From NCBI GenBank assembly GCA_034190045.1, contig JAXHTI010000001.1, positions 2,658 through 66,657 on the forward strand: DNA of 64,000 nucleotides, given 5' to 3'. The translations under genes and the position numbers were made by a program. The notes under the pieces were generated by a model. That model saw only the letters and a program-made list of their open reading frames with translations. It was not told the DNA's origin and ran no database searches. Origin of the DNA: Pseudomonadota bacterium. GTDB lineage: Bacteria; Pseudomonadota; Gammaproteobacteria; UBA6429; Thiohalophilaceae. Positions within the stretch are counted from its first letter, which is position 1, and every line of letters begins with the position of its first letter. This document shows, one piece after another, positions 54,345 to 64,000 of the stretch.

Positions 54345-57300
54345 ATGTTTCATGCGATGATCCATCGCGGCACCCTGATTGCCGTGGCCGTGCTGATTGT
54401 GGCGGTACTGGGCGTGGTGGCCGCCATGCGGATTCCGGTGCAGATGATTCCGGACCTGGAGGTACGCACCATTACTATCCGCACCTCCTGGCCGGGCGCG
54501 ACGCCGCAGGATGTGGAAAAAGAGATCATCATCGAGCAGGAAGAGTACCTGCGCAGCGTACCGGGACTCGAACGACTTATCTCGTCGTCCTCGTTCGGGC
54601 AGGCTTCCATTGAACTGGAATTTCCTTTCGGCATCGATCTCAACCAGACACTGATCGAGATAAATAATGCCCTGTCACAGGTGCCGTCGTATCCCGAGAA
54701 CGTGGACGAGCCGCGCATCTATGCCTCGTCCTTCTCCAGCAACTCTTTTATGTATTTCCGCGTGATGCCACTGGACGGCAATCCACGCAACCTCGATATG
54801 GTGATGATGCAGGATTACGTGGATGACAATGTCCGCGTGCGCATGGAGACCGTGCCGGGGGTCTCCATGGTCAATGTTTACGGCGGGGCGGAGCGTCAGA
54901 TCCAGATCCTGCTCGATCCCGCCAGGCTGGCCGAGCGGGATATCACCATCGCCCAGGTGCGCGATGCCATTCGCGAGCGAAACCGCGACGTCTCGGGCGG
55001 CGAACTGGAATCGGGCAAGCGCCGGTATCTGCTGCGTACCATCGGTCGCTTTGCCGATCTTGATGATATGCGCAGGCTGATTCTCGAGCGACGCGGGGAT
55101 GCCATCATTCGCCTTGGCGATGTGGCTACGCTGCAACTGGATCACTACAAGCTGAGCCGGCTTTCCTATACCGATGGCAAGCCGGTCATCGGCATGTCGG
55201 TGCGCCGTCAGCCTGGCTCCAATGTCATCGAAATCAAAGAAGGCATGCTGGAACAGATGGCGGCCATCAACCGCGAGGTACTCAAACCGGCCGGCATGCA
55301 GATGCGCCTGGTGGCCGATGATGCCGGTTATGTCCAGTCCTCGGTACGGAATGTGTGGACCAATCTTGCCCTGGGTGCGTTGCTGGCCTGCGCGGTGATG
55401 TACCTGTTTTTGCGTTCCGGGCGCGCGACCCTGGTCGGGATCATGGGTATCCCGCTGTGTACTATTGCCGCGTTTATCGGTTTGCAGCTGACCGGCCGTA
55501 CCATCAACGTGATCTCGCTGGCCGGGATCGCCTTTGCCATCGGTATGACGCTGGATAACAGCATCGTGGTACTGGAGAGCATCGAGCACGAACGTCGACG
55601 TGGGCTGGATCGGCTCAAGGCGGCGGTTACCGGGGTACAGAAGGTGTGGCCGGCGGTGCTGGCCTCCACGCTGACCACGGTCATGGTATTTTTGCCGATC
55701 CTGTTTATTGAAGAGGAGGCGGGGCAGCTCTATTCGGATATTGCCATCGCCATCGCCGCATCGATTCTCGCCTCCATGCTGGTGGCGATCACGGTGATTC
55801 CCTCGGCGGCGGCCCGTTTGCACCTGGGCGACAGTCAGCGCAGCGTGACGCAAAGTGCGCGGCAGGTGCGCCAGTGGGTACTCGATTCGGTGGGACGGCG
55901 CATCGGCGATCCCGGTCAGCGGACGCGGGTGATAGCCGTGACCCTTGTCCTCAGCCTCGGTATCTACTTGTTGCTGACACCTCCGGCGGAATATCTGCCC
56001 GAAGGCGAGGAGCCCAAAACCTTCGCCTCGCTGAGTTCACCGCCCGGTTATAACCTCGAGATCATGAGTCGGATCGGTTTCGAGCTGCAGGATTATTTTC
56101 TGCCGTTTCTCAAGCATTCACCGGAGCAATTTGATAACGGTGAGACCGAAGTGCCGGCGATGAAATACCTGAACCTGAGCATTCGGCCCTCGGGGATCCG
56201 GATCATCAGCGAGCCGAAAAAACCCTCGCACATCAAACCGTTGATGGATGCGATCGATGCCAAATACCGTGAGTATCCGGCCATGCGCCCGTTTGTCACG
56301 CGCGGCTCGATCATTACCAGCAATTCCGGCGGCACGCGCAGTGTCAACCTGGATATTTCCGGGCCCGATCTGGCCTCGGTCTACAAAGTGGCCAACAAGG
56401 CCTACCAACGGGCCGGTGAGATCTTCGACTCGCCACGCCTGCGTGCCAATCCCTCGACATTGTCACTCTCGCAACCACTGGTTGAAATCCGTCCCAAATG
56501 GGACCGGGCCAGTGAAGTGGGCATGACCACCCAGGAACTGGGTTATACCGTCTCGGCGTTAACCGACGGTGCCTTTGTCAGTGAGTTCTTTCTGGACGAT
56601 GACAAGATCGATATGTACCTGTACAGCAAGGATGGCGTGAATGCCACGCTGGACAGCCTGGATCAAAAACAGATCTATACGCCGGTCGGCGCGATCCTGC
56701 CGTTTTCCGCGGTCGCCGAGATCGTCGAAACCGTGGATACCAATAATATCCGGCGTCTCAACGGTCGGCGTACCGTGACCCTGAATATCATTCCGCCGGA
56801 TGACGTGGCGCTGGAGATCGGCGTACAGCGTGTACGCGAGGAACTGGTGCAATATCTGCGCAAAACGGGAGAAGTCCCCTCCAGTATCAGCATGAGTATC
56901 TCCGGCGCCAGCGACGAACTGGACGCGACGCGCGAGGCGCTGACGGCCAATTACATTGTCGCGGTAGTGATCATTTATCTGTTGCTGGTCGCCATCTTTA
57001 CTCACTGGGGTTATCCCTTGCTGATCATGGCGACCATTCCGCTTGGCGTCAGTGGCGGTATCTTCGGTCTGTGGTTGTTCAACTTTATCGGCAGCGGTTT
57101 TCCGCTGATCGGCCTGTCGGCACTGACGCTGCCGTTTGACATGATTGCCATGCTGGGCTTTTTGATCCTGATGGGGACAGTGGTCAACAACCCGATCCTG
57201 ATCGTGCATCAGTCGATCGTGAACCTGCGTGAGGAGGGGATGTCCGCCCGCGAGGCGGTAGCCAATGCAGTGGAAACCCGACTGCGGCCGATTGCCATGT

Positions 57301-57494
57301 CCACCCTGACCACGGTCTTCGGCCTGGCACCGCTGGTCTTTTTGCCCGGCGCGGGCACCGAACTCTATCGGGGAGTGGGCGTGATCGTCATGTTCGGCCT
57401 GATGGGCACCGCACTGGTCACTCTCACCTTCCTGCCGGCATTGACCGTAATGGTTCTGAAATTCGTCGAGGAACGTCAGCAAAAAGCGGCTTAA
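54345..57494 (+). CDS. RND efflux permease (AcrB/AcrD/AcrF family)
   Basis: PVQMIPDL, WPGATPQDVE, GMTLDNSIVVLE, GTVVNNPIL, RLRPIAMST. Confidence 0.95.
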   Translation: MFHAMIHRGTLIAVAVLIVAVLGVVAAMRIPVQMIPDLEVRTITIRTSWPGATPQDVEKEIIIEQEEYLRSVPGLERLISSSSFGQASIELEFPFGIDLNQTLIEINNALSQVPSYPENVDEPRIYASSFSSNSFMYFRVMPLDGNPRNLDMVMMQDYVDDNVRVRMETVPGVSMVNVYGGAERQIQILLDPARLAERDITIAQVRDAIRERNRDVSGGELESGKRRYLLRTIGRFADLDDMRRLILERRGDAIIRLGDVATLQLDHYKLSRLSYTDGKPVIGMSVRRQPGSNVIEIKEGMLEQMAAINREVLKPAGMQMRLVADDAGYVQSSVRNVWTNLALGALLACAVMYLFLRSGRATLVGIMGIPLCTIAAFIGLQLTGRTINVISLAGIAFAIGMTLDNSIVVLESIEHERRRGLDRLKAAVTGVQKVWPAVLASTLTTVMVFLPILFIEEEAGQLYSDIAIAIAASILASMLVAITVIPSAAARLHLGDSQRSVTQSARQVRQWVLDSVGRRIGDPGQRTRVIAVTLVLSLGIYLLLTPPAEYLPEGEEPKTFASLSSPPGYNLEIMSRIGFELQDYFLPFLKHSPEQFDNGETEVPAMKYLNLSIRPSGIRIISEPKKPSHIKPLMDAIDAKYREYPAMRPFVTRGSIITSNSGGTRSVNLDISGPDLASVYKVANKAYQRAGEIFDSPRLRANPSTLSLSQPLVEIRPKWDRASEVGMTTQELGYTVSALTDGAFVSEFFLDDDKIDMYLYSKDGVNATLDSLDQKQIYTPVGAILPFSAVAEIVETVDTNNIRRLNGRRTVTLNIIPPDDVALEIGVQRVREELVQYLRKTGEVPSSISMSISGASDELDATREALTANYIVAVVIIYLLLVAIFTHWGYPLLIMATIPLGVSGGIFGLWLFNFIGSGFPLIGLSALTLPFDMIAMLGFLILMGTVVNNPILIVHQSIVNLREEGMSAREAVANAVETRLRPIAMSTLTTVFGLAPLVFLPGAGTELYRGVGVIVMFGLMGTALVTLTFLPALTVMVLKFVEERQQKAA

Positions 57495-57505
57495 TAATAT
57501 GATTT

Positions 57506-57669
57506 TCACCGCCGAGGCGAAAACAATGTTGAGTTTTGAATGTTGAATTTTGAATTACACAGCACACTGCCATTCATAATTCATAATTCATAATTCATAA
57601 TTCATAATTCATAATTCAACATTCAAAATTATTTCTCCGGGGCTTTGCGCCTCCGCGATCTCCGCGTTA
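57506..57669. repeat. Nested periodic palindrome (second copy of the 19325 type) with (ATTCATA)6
   Basis: Inner left ACAATGTTGAGTTTTGAATGTTGAATTTTGAATT differs from the 19340 copy at 2 positions; six perfect ATTCATA units at 57572-57613; outer right arm GCTTTGCGCCTCCGCGATCTCCGCGTT. Confidence 0.88.
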
Positions 57670-57697
57670 TATTTCCAGAGAACCAGAGAAGAGCGTT

Positions 57698-58123
57698 TCA
57701 GATCATCATCAACGCCGCGACGACATTACGTCCCTCGGCCACCAGGATATTGAAAGTCCGGCAGGCGGCGGCAGTATCCATCACTTCAAGACCCACGCCG
57801 GCTTGCTGGACCCGGGCCATGGTTTCACCGTTGGGAAAGCGCAGTTGCGCACCGGTACCCAGCAGGATCAGCTCCGGCTCGTAGGCGAGCAGTGTGGTGA
57901 GGTGTTCGGGTTGCAGTTCGTCGTAGGTTTGCGGGGCCCAGTCACAGGTGAGCTGTTCGCGGCTGATGATAAAACTGTCGTTGAACCGGGCGTTGCCTTC
58001 CTCGTCCTGCTCGATATTCACCACACCACGCAGGGGATGCCAGGGGGGAATGACGACCGTGATTTGACCGGTGTCGTAAGCGCGAATGGTGAGTCCGCCG
58101 ACCTGTTCGAGGTTGAATTTCAT
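57698..58123 (-). CDS. Mth938/DUF498-like domain protein
   Basis: PELILLGTG, GLEVMDTAAACRTFNILVAEGRNVVAAL. Confidence 0.92.
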   Translation of the reverse strand: MKFNLEQVGGLTIRAYDTGQITVVIPPWHPLRGVVNIEQDEEGNARFNDSFIISREQLTCDWAPQTYDELQPEHLTTLLAYEPELILLGTGAQLRFPNGETMARVQQAGVGLEVMDTAAACRTFNILVAEGRNVVAALMMI

Positions 58124-58234
58124 GCGATGTCCTGCTGGGCAGTGGGTCAGGCCCTGACAGCTTCGGCCAGGTGCCGGGATGACGTCAAGTCCGCTGCGCT
58201 AAAGCCGGCTAAGTCCCTGAATTTTACGGGAACA

Positions 58235-58264
58235 TTGACAGTCTACCGGCGAACCCGTTAATGT
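58235..58264 (+). promoter_or_regulatory. Candidate sigma70 promoter for alaC-hom-thrC
   Basis: TTGACA-N18-TAATGT. Confidence 0.4.
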
Positions 58265-58339
58265 TACGAGCTTTGCGACGAGACGGGGCAGGCGCGCGGG
58301 CCCCGGGTCATTAACCCTTTTTCTTATCGGATTGCCCAC

Positions 58340-59551
58340 TTGATAGACGATTTTCCGAGAATCAAACGGCTGCCGCCGTATGTCTTTAATATTGTTGGTG
58401 AATTGAAGGCAGCGGCCCGGGCCCGTGGTGAGGACATCATCGACTTTGGCATGGGCAATCCCGATCAGCCGACGCCGCAACACATCGTCGACAAGCTGGT
58501 CGAGGTGGCCCAGCGCCCCGATACCCATCGCTATTCCCTGTCGCGCGGCATCCCGCGCCTGAGGCGCGCCATTTGCCGCTGGTACCAGCAGCGTTTCGAC
58601 GTGGAGCTGGATCCCGACTCGGAAGCCATCGTCACCATCGGTTCCAAGGAAGGCCTGGCCCATCTGGCGCTGGCCACGGTCGGGCCGGGCGATGCAGTCC
58701 TGGTGCCCAATCCGGCTTATCCGATCCATCCCTATGGTTTTATCATCGCCGGTGCCGATATTCGTCATGTGCCGCTGGTGCCCGGGATCGATTTCTTCGA
58801 AGGACTGGAGAAGGCGATCAAGGATTCCTGGCCCAAGCCCAAGATGCTGGTCCTCAATTTCCCCGGCAATCCGACGACCCAGTGCGTGGATCTCGACTTT
58901 TTCGAGAAGGTGGTGGAGATCGCCCGTGAGCACCAGATATGGGTGGTGCACGACATCGCCTATGCCGACATCGTTTTCGACGGCTACAAGGCTCCGTCGA
59001 TTCTGCAGGTCAACGGCGCCAAGGACGTGGCGGTGGAGTTTTATTCCCTCTCCAAGAGTTACAACATGCCGGGCTGGCGGGTCGGTTTCATGGTCGGAAA
59101 TCCGACGCTGGTCGCGGCGCTGGCCAGGATGAAATCCTATCTCGATTACGGCATGTTCACGCCCATCCAGGTTGCCTCGATCACCGCCCTGGAAGGGCCG
59201 CAGGATTGCGTGACGGAAATTGTCGATCGTTATCGTTCCCGTCGCGATGTGTTGTGCGACGGGCTCAAATCCGTGGGCTGGGAGATCGAAAAACCCAAAG
59301 GCACCATGTTTGTCTGGGCGCCGATCCCCGAGGAATACAAAGACATAGGCTCACTGGAGTTTTCAAAATTACTGTTACAGGAAGCCAAGGTGGCGGCCTC
59401 GCCCGGCATCGGTTTCGGGGATTACGGGGATGATCATGTGCGTTTTGGCTTGATCGAAAACGAACATCGTACGCGCCAGGCGATCCGGGGTATCCGGGAC
59501 ATGCTGCGCCGGGATCCCGATGAACTCAAGAAACAGGCCTCCGGCAAATAA
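58340..59551 (+). CDS. alaC: Alanine transaminase (class I/II PLP aminotransferase)
   Basis: [52 protein letters not shown]. Confidence 0.92.
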   Translation: MIDDFPRIKRLPPYVFNIVGELKAAARARGEDIIDFGMGNPDQPTPQHIVDKLVEVAQRPDTHRYSLSRGIPRLRRAICRWYQQRFDVELDPDSEAIVTIGSKEGLAHLALATVGPGDAVLVPNPAYPIHPYGFIIAGADIRHVPLVPGIDFFEGLEKAIKDSWPKPKMLVLNFPGNPTTQCVDLDFFEKVVEIAREHQIWVVHDIAYADIVFDGYKAPSILQVNGAKDVAVEFYSLSKSYNMPGWRVGFMVGNPTLVAALARMKSYLDYGMFTPIQVASITALEGPQDCVTEIVDRYRSRRDVLCDGLKSVGWEIEKPKGTMFVWAPIPEEYKDIGSLEFSKLLLQEAKVAASPGIGFGDYGDDHVRFGLIENEHRTRQAIRGIRDMLRRDPDELKKQASGK

Positions 59552-59572
59552 TCATAAAGAGGAAGCAAGTCA

Positions 59573-60886
59573 GTGGAAGCGGTTAAAGTAGGCTTATTGG
59601 GACTGGGAACCGTCGGTGGCGGGACCGTGAATGTATTGCAGCGCAACGCCGGCGAGATTGCCCGGCGTGCAGGCCGGGGCATCCGGATTACCCATGCCGC
59701 GGCACGGGATCTGGACAAACCGCGCATTTGCGACACCACCGGTATCGAACTGACGACCGATCCTCAGCAGGTCGTCAACAATCCCGAGATCGAGATCGTC
59801 ATCGAGCTGATCGGCGGCGATGGCCTGGCAAAGGACTTGGTCATGCAGGCCATCGAGCAGGGCAAACACGTGGTCACCGCCAACAAGGCGCTGATCGCCA
59901 AGCACGGTAACGAAATTTTCGCCGCGGCACAGAAAAAAGGCGTGATGGTCGCCTTCGAAGCGGCCGTCGCCGGTGGTATACCTATTATAAAGGCGATCCG
60001 CGAGGGCCTGGCCGGTAACCAGATCCAGTGGCTGGCCGGTATCATCAACGGCACCGGTAACTTTATCCTGACCGAGATGCGCGACAAGGGTCGCGAATTC
60101 GAGGATGTCCTGAAAGAAGCCCAGGAACTGGGTTATGCCGAGGCCGATCCCACCTTCGACGTGGAAGGCATCGATGCGGCACACAAGCTGACGATTCTTT
60201 CTTCGATCGCCTTCGGTACGCCGTTGCAGTTCGAAGCCACCTATACCGAGGGAATCAGTAACATCACGCGCGAGGATGTGGCCTATGCCGAAGAGCTGGG
60301 CTATCGCATCAAACACCTGGGCCTGACCCGACGCACCGACAAAGGTGTGGAGCTGCGCGTGCACCCGACCCTGATTCCCGAGCGTCGCCTGATTGCCAAC
60401 GTCGATGGCGTAATGAACGCCGTGCTGGTTATGGGCGATGCCGTCGGTCCGACCTTATATTATGGTGCCGGTGCCGGCGACGAGCCGACCGCGTCGGCCG
60501 TGGTCGCCGACCTGGTCGACGTGGTACGGGTACTGACCACGGATCCTGAAAACCGCGTGCCGCACCTGGCCTTCCAGCCCGATGCGATCACCGATTTGCC
60601 GATCCTGAACATCGACGAAGTGCAAACCGCCTACTATCTTCGCATGCAGGCCGAGGACAAACCCGGCGTCCTGGCCGAAGTGACCCGGATCCTGGGCGAG
60701 CGCGATATCAGCATCGAGGCGATTATCCAGAAAGAACCGATGGAAGGCTCCGACAAGGCCAATGTCATCATGCTGACCCACGTGGTGCGCGAGAGCAAAA
60801 TGAACGAAGCGATTGCCAAGATCGAAGCCATGAAATCAATTCACGGCAACGTCACCCGCATCCGCGTCGAATCTTTAAAGGCATGA
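59573..60886 (+). CDS. hom: Homoserine dehydrogenase with ACT domain
   Basis: GLGTVGGG, VVTANKAL, FEAAVAGGIP, GYAEADPTFDVEG. Confidence 0.97.
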   Translation: MEAVKVGLLGLGTVGGGTVNVLQRNAGEIARRAGRGIRITHAAARDLDKPRICDTTGIELTTDPQQVVNNPEIEIVIELIGGDGLAKDLVMQAIEQGKHVVTANKALIAKHGNEIFAAAQKKGVMVAFEAAVAGGIPIIKAIREGLAGNQIQWLAGIINGTGNFILTEMRDKGREFEDVLKEAQELGYAEADPTFDVEGIDAAHKLTILSSIAFGTPLQFEATYTEGISNITREDVAYAEELGYRIKHLGLTRRTDKGVELRVHPTLIPERRLIANVDGVMNAVLVMGDAVGPTLYYGAGAGDEPTASAVVADLVDVVRVLTTDPENRVPHLAFQPDAITDLPILNIDEVQTAYYLRMQAEDKPGVLAEVTRILGERDISIEAIIQKEPMEGSDKANVIMLTHVVRESKMNEAIAKIEAMKSIHGNVTRIRVESLKA

Positions 60887-60898
60887 TGTTGCGAATTT

Positions 60899-60970
60899 AA
60901 CGCGGAGGACGCAGAGCCGCGGAGAAGAAATTTATTACTCCGCGCCTCCGCGACTCTGCGAACTCCGCGA
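60899..60970. repeat. Periodic palindrome with 9-mer CGCRGAGNN arms
   Basis: AACGCGGAGGACGCAGAGCCGCGGAG ... CTCCGCGCCTCCGCGACTCTGCGAACTCCGCG. Confidence 0.85.
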
Positions 60971-61031
60971 TTGAAATTGATTGTTTAAAAATGGGTAATG
61001 TTGAACTGCCCTGTACTGAGGAATAGACACA

Positions 61032-62171
61032 ATGCCATTTCGTACCCGTTATACCGGTTTGATTGACAAGTACCGTGACCGCCTGCCGGTGCATGATGAC
61101 ACCCGCATCATTAGCCTGGGTGAGGGCAATACGCCGTTGATTCGCCTGAATAATATCCCGAGGGTGCTGGGCAAGGACGTGGATATCTACGTCAAGTACG
61201 AAGGGCTGAATCCGACCGGTTCGTTCAAGGATCGGGGTATGACCATGGCGGTGACCAAGGCGGTGGAAGAGGGCAGCAAGGCGATTATCTGCGCTTCCAC
61301 CGGTAATACTTCGGCGGCCGCCGCGGCCTATGCCGCCCGTGCCGGGATTACCGCGTTTGTTCTGATTCCCGATGGCAAGATCGCGCTGGGCAAGCTGGCC
61401 CAGGCAATGATGCACGGTGCCACCGTTATCCAGATCAAGGGTAATTTCGATAAAGGAATGCAACTGGTCAAGGAAGTGGCGACAGAAGCCCCGGTTACGA
61501 TCGTCAACTCGATTAACCCCTATCGCCTGCAGGGCCAGAAAACCGCGGCGTTCGAGATCGTAGAGGAGCTGGGTCGTGCCCCGGACTTCCATTGTATTCC
61601 GGTGGGCAATGCCGGCAATATCACCGCGCACTGGATCGGCTATTGCGAGTATTCCTCGGCTTCGGGTGATCATGTCACCGGCGCATGCTCCTTCTGTCAT
61701 GGCCATTGCAAGTATGCCGGTGGCGCCGTTGTCGGCAACCGTCCGAAGATGGTCGGTTATCAGGCTTCCGGCAGTGCTCCGTTCATGCGAGGCAAAATGG
61801 TGGATGATCCCGATACCCTGGCCACCGCGATTCGCATTGGCCACCCGCAGAGCTGGGACATGGCCTGGAAGGTCAAGGAAGAATCCGGTGGCTGGTTCGA
61901 TGAATGCAGCGATGATGAAATCCTCGCTGCACAGAAACTGCTGGCCGAAAAAGAAGGCGTATTCTGTGAGCCCGCTTCGGCCACGTCACTGGCCGGCGCC
62001 ATGCGTGACATTCAAAGTGGCAATATCCCCGAAGGCAGTACCATCGTCTGTACCCTGACCGGGCATGGCCTGAAAGATCCGGATATTGCAATCAAACAGA
62101 GCACGCCGGTACAGGCTGTCGATGCCACGCTCGAAGAAGTCAAGAAGGCAATTCTGGCGAATATGGCATAA
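61032..62171 (+). CDS. thrC: Threonine synthase with a Cys/His-rich insert
   Basis: LGEGNTPL, EGLNPTGSFKDRG, CASTGNTS, PVGNAGN, EPASA, CTLTGHGLKD. Confidence 0.95.
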   Translation: MPFRTRYTGLIDKYRDRLPVHDDTRIISLGEGNTPLIRLNNIPRVLGKDVDIYVKYEGLNPTGSFKDRGMTMAVTKAVEEGSKAIICASTGNTSAAAAAYAARAGITAFVLIPDGKIALGKLAQAMMHGATVIQIKGNFDKGMQLVKEVATEAPVTIVNSINPYRLQGQKTAAFEIVEELGRAPDFHCIPVGNAGNITAHWIGYCEYSSASGDHVTGACSFCHGHCKYAGGAVVGNRPKMVGYQASGSAPFMRGKMVDDPDTLATAIRIGHPQSWDMAWKVKEESGGWFDECSDDEILAAQKLLAEKEGVFCEPASATSLAGAMRDIQSGNIPEGSTIVCTLTGHGLKDPDIAIKQSTPVQAVDATLEEVKKAILANMA

Positions 62172-62176
62172 AACAA

Positions 62177-62275
62177 AGTCGGCAGAGGGCAGTTGGCAGT
62201 CGGCAGTGATAAATCGGAAATCGGAAATCGGAAATCTGAAAACGACTGATGTCCCGGGTTTCAGACTTCCGACTT
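62177..62275. repeat. Periodic element with two 7-mer arrays (AGTYGGC, AAATCGG) and a short facing arm
   Basis: AGTCGGC-AGAGGGC-AGTTGGC-AGTCGGC, then (AAATCGG)3-AAATCTG, mirrored by TTTCAGA-CTTCCGA. Confidence 0.8.
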
Positions 62276-62289
62276 GAGATTCAGGACTT

Positions 62290-63339
62290 ATGACTGACGA
62301 CTCACGACTTGATATTACCGTCTTTGTACCTGGCTTGCTGGGCCCGCAGCCGGTGTTGTCGCAACTTTCCCCGGCTGAACTGCCGGACTTCACTGCGCTG
62401 GAGAAGTCGCTGTCCCGCGCCGATATCAGCGATGCCCCAATCAGCGACGCTTATGCCGGTCTGTTTCAGTTGTTCGGTATCGAGCCCGGTACGACCGGTG
62501 ATTATCCCGCTGCCGCCATTTGTCAGTCGGTGCAGCAGCTGCAACTGGAAAACTTTTGCCTGCGTGCCGATCCCGTTCACTTGCAGGCGGATATGACCAG
62601 TGCGGTGATGCGGGGTCATCAGGAGTTACGCCTGGACAGGGATGAGGCGCAACAGCTGGTCGAGAGTATTAACCGGCATCTTCACCAGGACGGTCTGCAG
62701 TTGATCATGGGCCAGCCCCATCACTGGTATCTGAGTTTGTCCGAGGCGCCCGAACTGCAGACCTCGCCGCTACCCTCGCTCCTGTTGCAGGATATCAATC
62801 CCCATCTGCCGCGTGGCGAGTCGGCCGGCGAGTGGCGTCGGCTGATGAACGAGGTTCAGATGCTGCTTTACGATCACCCGGTTAATCAGCAACGCGAGGC
62901 AGAAGGTCGGCTGGCCGTGAACAGTCTGTGGTTGTGGGGTGGTGGCCATTTACCCGGCAAGGCAGATTCGAGCTGGCAACAGGTGTATACCGACGACTGG
63001 CTGCTGGATGCGCTGGCCCGCTTTCATCAGGTGGACAGCGAGGATTTACCCGAATCAACCGAGACGCTGTTACAGGGTTGCCGTGGGGAGGTTCTGCTCC
63101 ACATCGGGGATTGCCTTCAGCCGTTGCGTGAGCATGATCCCTTCGCCTGGGTGACGGCCGTGCAACAGTTTCAAAGCCTGTGGTTGCAACCGTTACTCGC
63201 GGGTCTGAAGCAAAACCGCTATCAGTGCCTGACGCTGCTGCCGGCTGACGGTAAACGCTATCAATTAACCAGACATACGTTACGGCGCTGGTGGCGGCGC
63301 CGTCGGTCATTGGCAAAGTGGGTGAGCGATGGGGTTTGA
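62290..63339 (+). CDS. RpfE-like / phosphoglycerate-mutase-like hypothetical protein
   Basis: CLRADPVHLQAD, WRRLMNEVQMLLYDHPVNQQR, VNSLWLWGGG; overlaps the recJ start. Confidence 0.7.
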   Translation: MTDDSRLDITVFVPGLLGPQPVLSQLSPAELPDFTALEKSLSRADISDAPISDAYAGLFQLFGIEPGTTGDYPAAAICQSVQQLQLENFCLRADPVHLQADMTSAVMRGHQELRLDRDEAQQLVESINRHLHQDGLQLIMGQPHHWYLSLSEAPELQTSPLPSLLLQDINPHLPRGESAGEWRRLMNEVQMLLYDHPVNQQREAEGRLAVNSLWLWGGGHLPGKADSSWQQVYTDDWLLDALARFHQVDSEDLPESTETLLQGCRGEVLLHIGDCLQPLREHDPFAWVTAVQQFQSLWLQPLLAGLKQNRYQCLTLLPADGKRYQLTRHTLRRWWRRRRSLAKWVSDGV

Positions 63340-64000
63340 GCAGCATATCCGGCGTCGTTCCTTGCCGGACGAAATGCCATTGCTGGCGACAGACCTGCAT
63401 CCGGTTCTGGCGCGTGTATTTGCCGCGCGAGCAGTGCACGATCCGGACGAACTGCAATACGAATTGCAAAAGCTGTTGCCCTATCAACAGCTCAAGGACA
63501 TCGATCGCGCCGTCGATCTGTTAATCGAGACATTGCAACAACAGCAACGGGTGTTGATCGTCGGCGATTTCGATGCCGACGGGGCGACCAGTACTGCGCT
63601 GGCGGTCGCCGCGTTGCAGGCAATGGGCCTCAGGCAGATCGATTACCTGGTGCCCAATCGTTTCAGGTTCGGTTATGGCCTTACCCCCGAGATCGTCGAG
63701 GTGGCGCGCGAGTTCCAGCCGGATCTGATCATCACCGTGGACAACGGCATCGCCAGTCTCAGCGGGGTGGAAGCGGCCAATGCGCAGGGCATCAAGGTGT
63801 TGATTACCGATCACCATCTGGCCGGCGATCAATTACCCGCGGCCGAGGCAATCCTCAACCCCAACCAGCCGGATGACAGCTTCCCCAGCAAGGCGCTGCC
63901 CGGCGTCGGTGTGATGTTCTATCTGTTGATGGCGCTGCGCGCACGCTTGCGTGAACTCAACTGGTTCGAGCAACAGGGCATCGATCAGCCGAATCTGGCG
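63329..64000 (+). CDS. recJ: ssDNA-specific exonuclease RecJ (5' part, runs off the window)
   Basis: Not in the ORF track; translated by hand as MGFEQHIRRR...IVGDFDADGATS...PNRFRFGYGLTP...ITVDNG...TDHH...NPNQ...GVGVMF (DHH motifs). Confidence 0.95.
   Translation, partial: MGFEQHIRRRSLPDEMPLLATDLHPVLARVFAARAVHDPDELQYELQKLLPYQQLKDIDRAVDLLIETLQQQQRVLIVGDFDADGATSTALAVAALQAMGLRQIDYLVPNRFRFGYGLTPEIVEVAREFQPDLIITVDNGIASLSGVEAANAQGIKVLITDHHLAGDQLPAAEAILNPNQPDDSFPSKALPGVGVMFYLLMALRARLRELNWFEQQGIDQPNLA

Noticed and set aside
57572-57630. Tandem array considered as CRISPR
   Set aside because: Contiguous 7-bp units with no spacers and no cas genes; the 46714-46804 repeat also has only two units and an 11-bp spacer
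61686-61700. CxxCH as a c-type cytochrome heme site
   Set aside because: It lies inside cytoplasmic ThrC with no export signal; kept only as a possible metal-binding insert

Overview
This 64 kb window looks like the chromosome of a Gammaproteobacterium (Chromatiales/Thiohalophilus-like gene order; the taxon is inferred). Most of it is conserved core: glnD-map | rpsB-tsf-pyrH-frr-uppS-cdsA-dxr-rseP-bamA-skp-lpxD-fabZ-lpxA, rnhB-dnaE-accA-tilS-pyrG-eno-ftsB-ispD-ispF-truD, surE-pcm-yqaA-nlpD-rpoS, alaC-hom-thrC, and a partial recJ. Several things depart from that core. (1) A PAS/sigma54-activator gene sits divergent to a porin, with a perfect FNR box, a perfect 16-bp inverted repeat and a consensus -24/-12 promoter between them. 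(2) A gnnA-gnnB-lpxB block (predicted 2,3-diamino-glucose lipid A) is inverted between lpxA and rnhB. (3) At least eight intergenic palindromes are built from 7-, 9- or 10-bp tandem units, two of them the same nested composite, and the codon third positions flanking several of them appear strand-polarised. (4) An accessory island of about 14 kb follows rpoS. It starts with a pile-up of REP/MITE-like elements, then an attI-like site, a canonical attC and immunity-like cassettes with no integron integrase in the window. After that come a thioesterase gene present in three serial copies, a lipoprotein/Trypco2-like module, a 999-aa protein and an RND pump. (5) Two core proteins carry unusual additions: a (KKKT) tail on S2 and a Cys-rich insert in ThrC. 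No rRNA, tRNA or CRISPR array was recognised. All family assignments come from motif recognition by eye, not from database searches.
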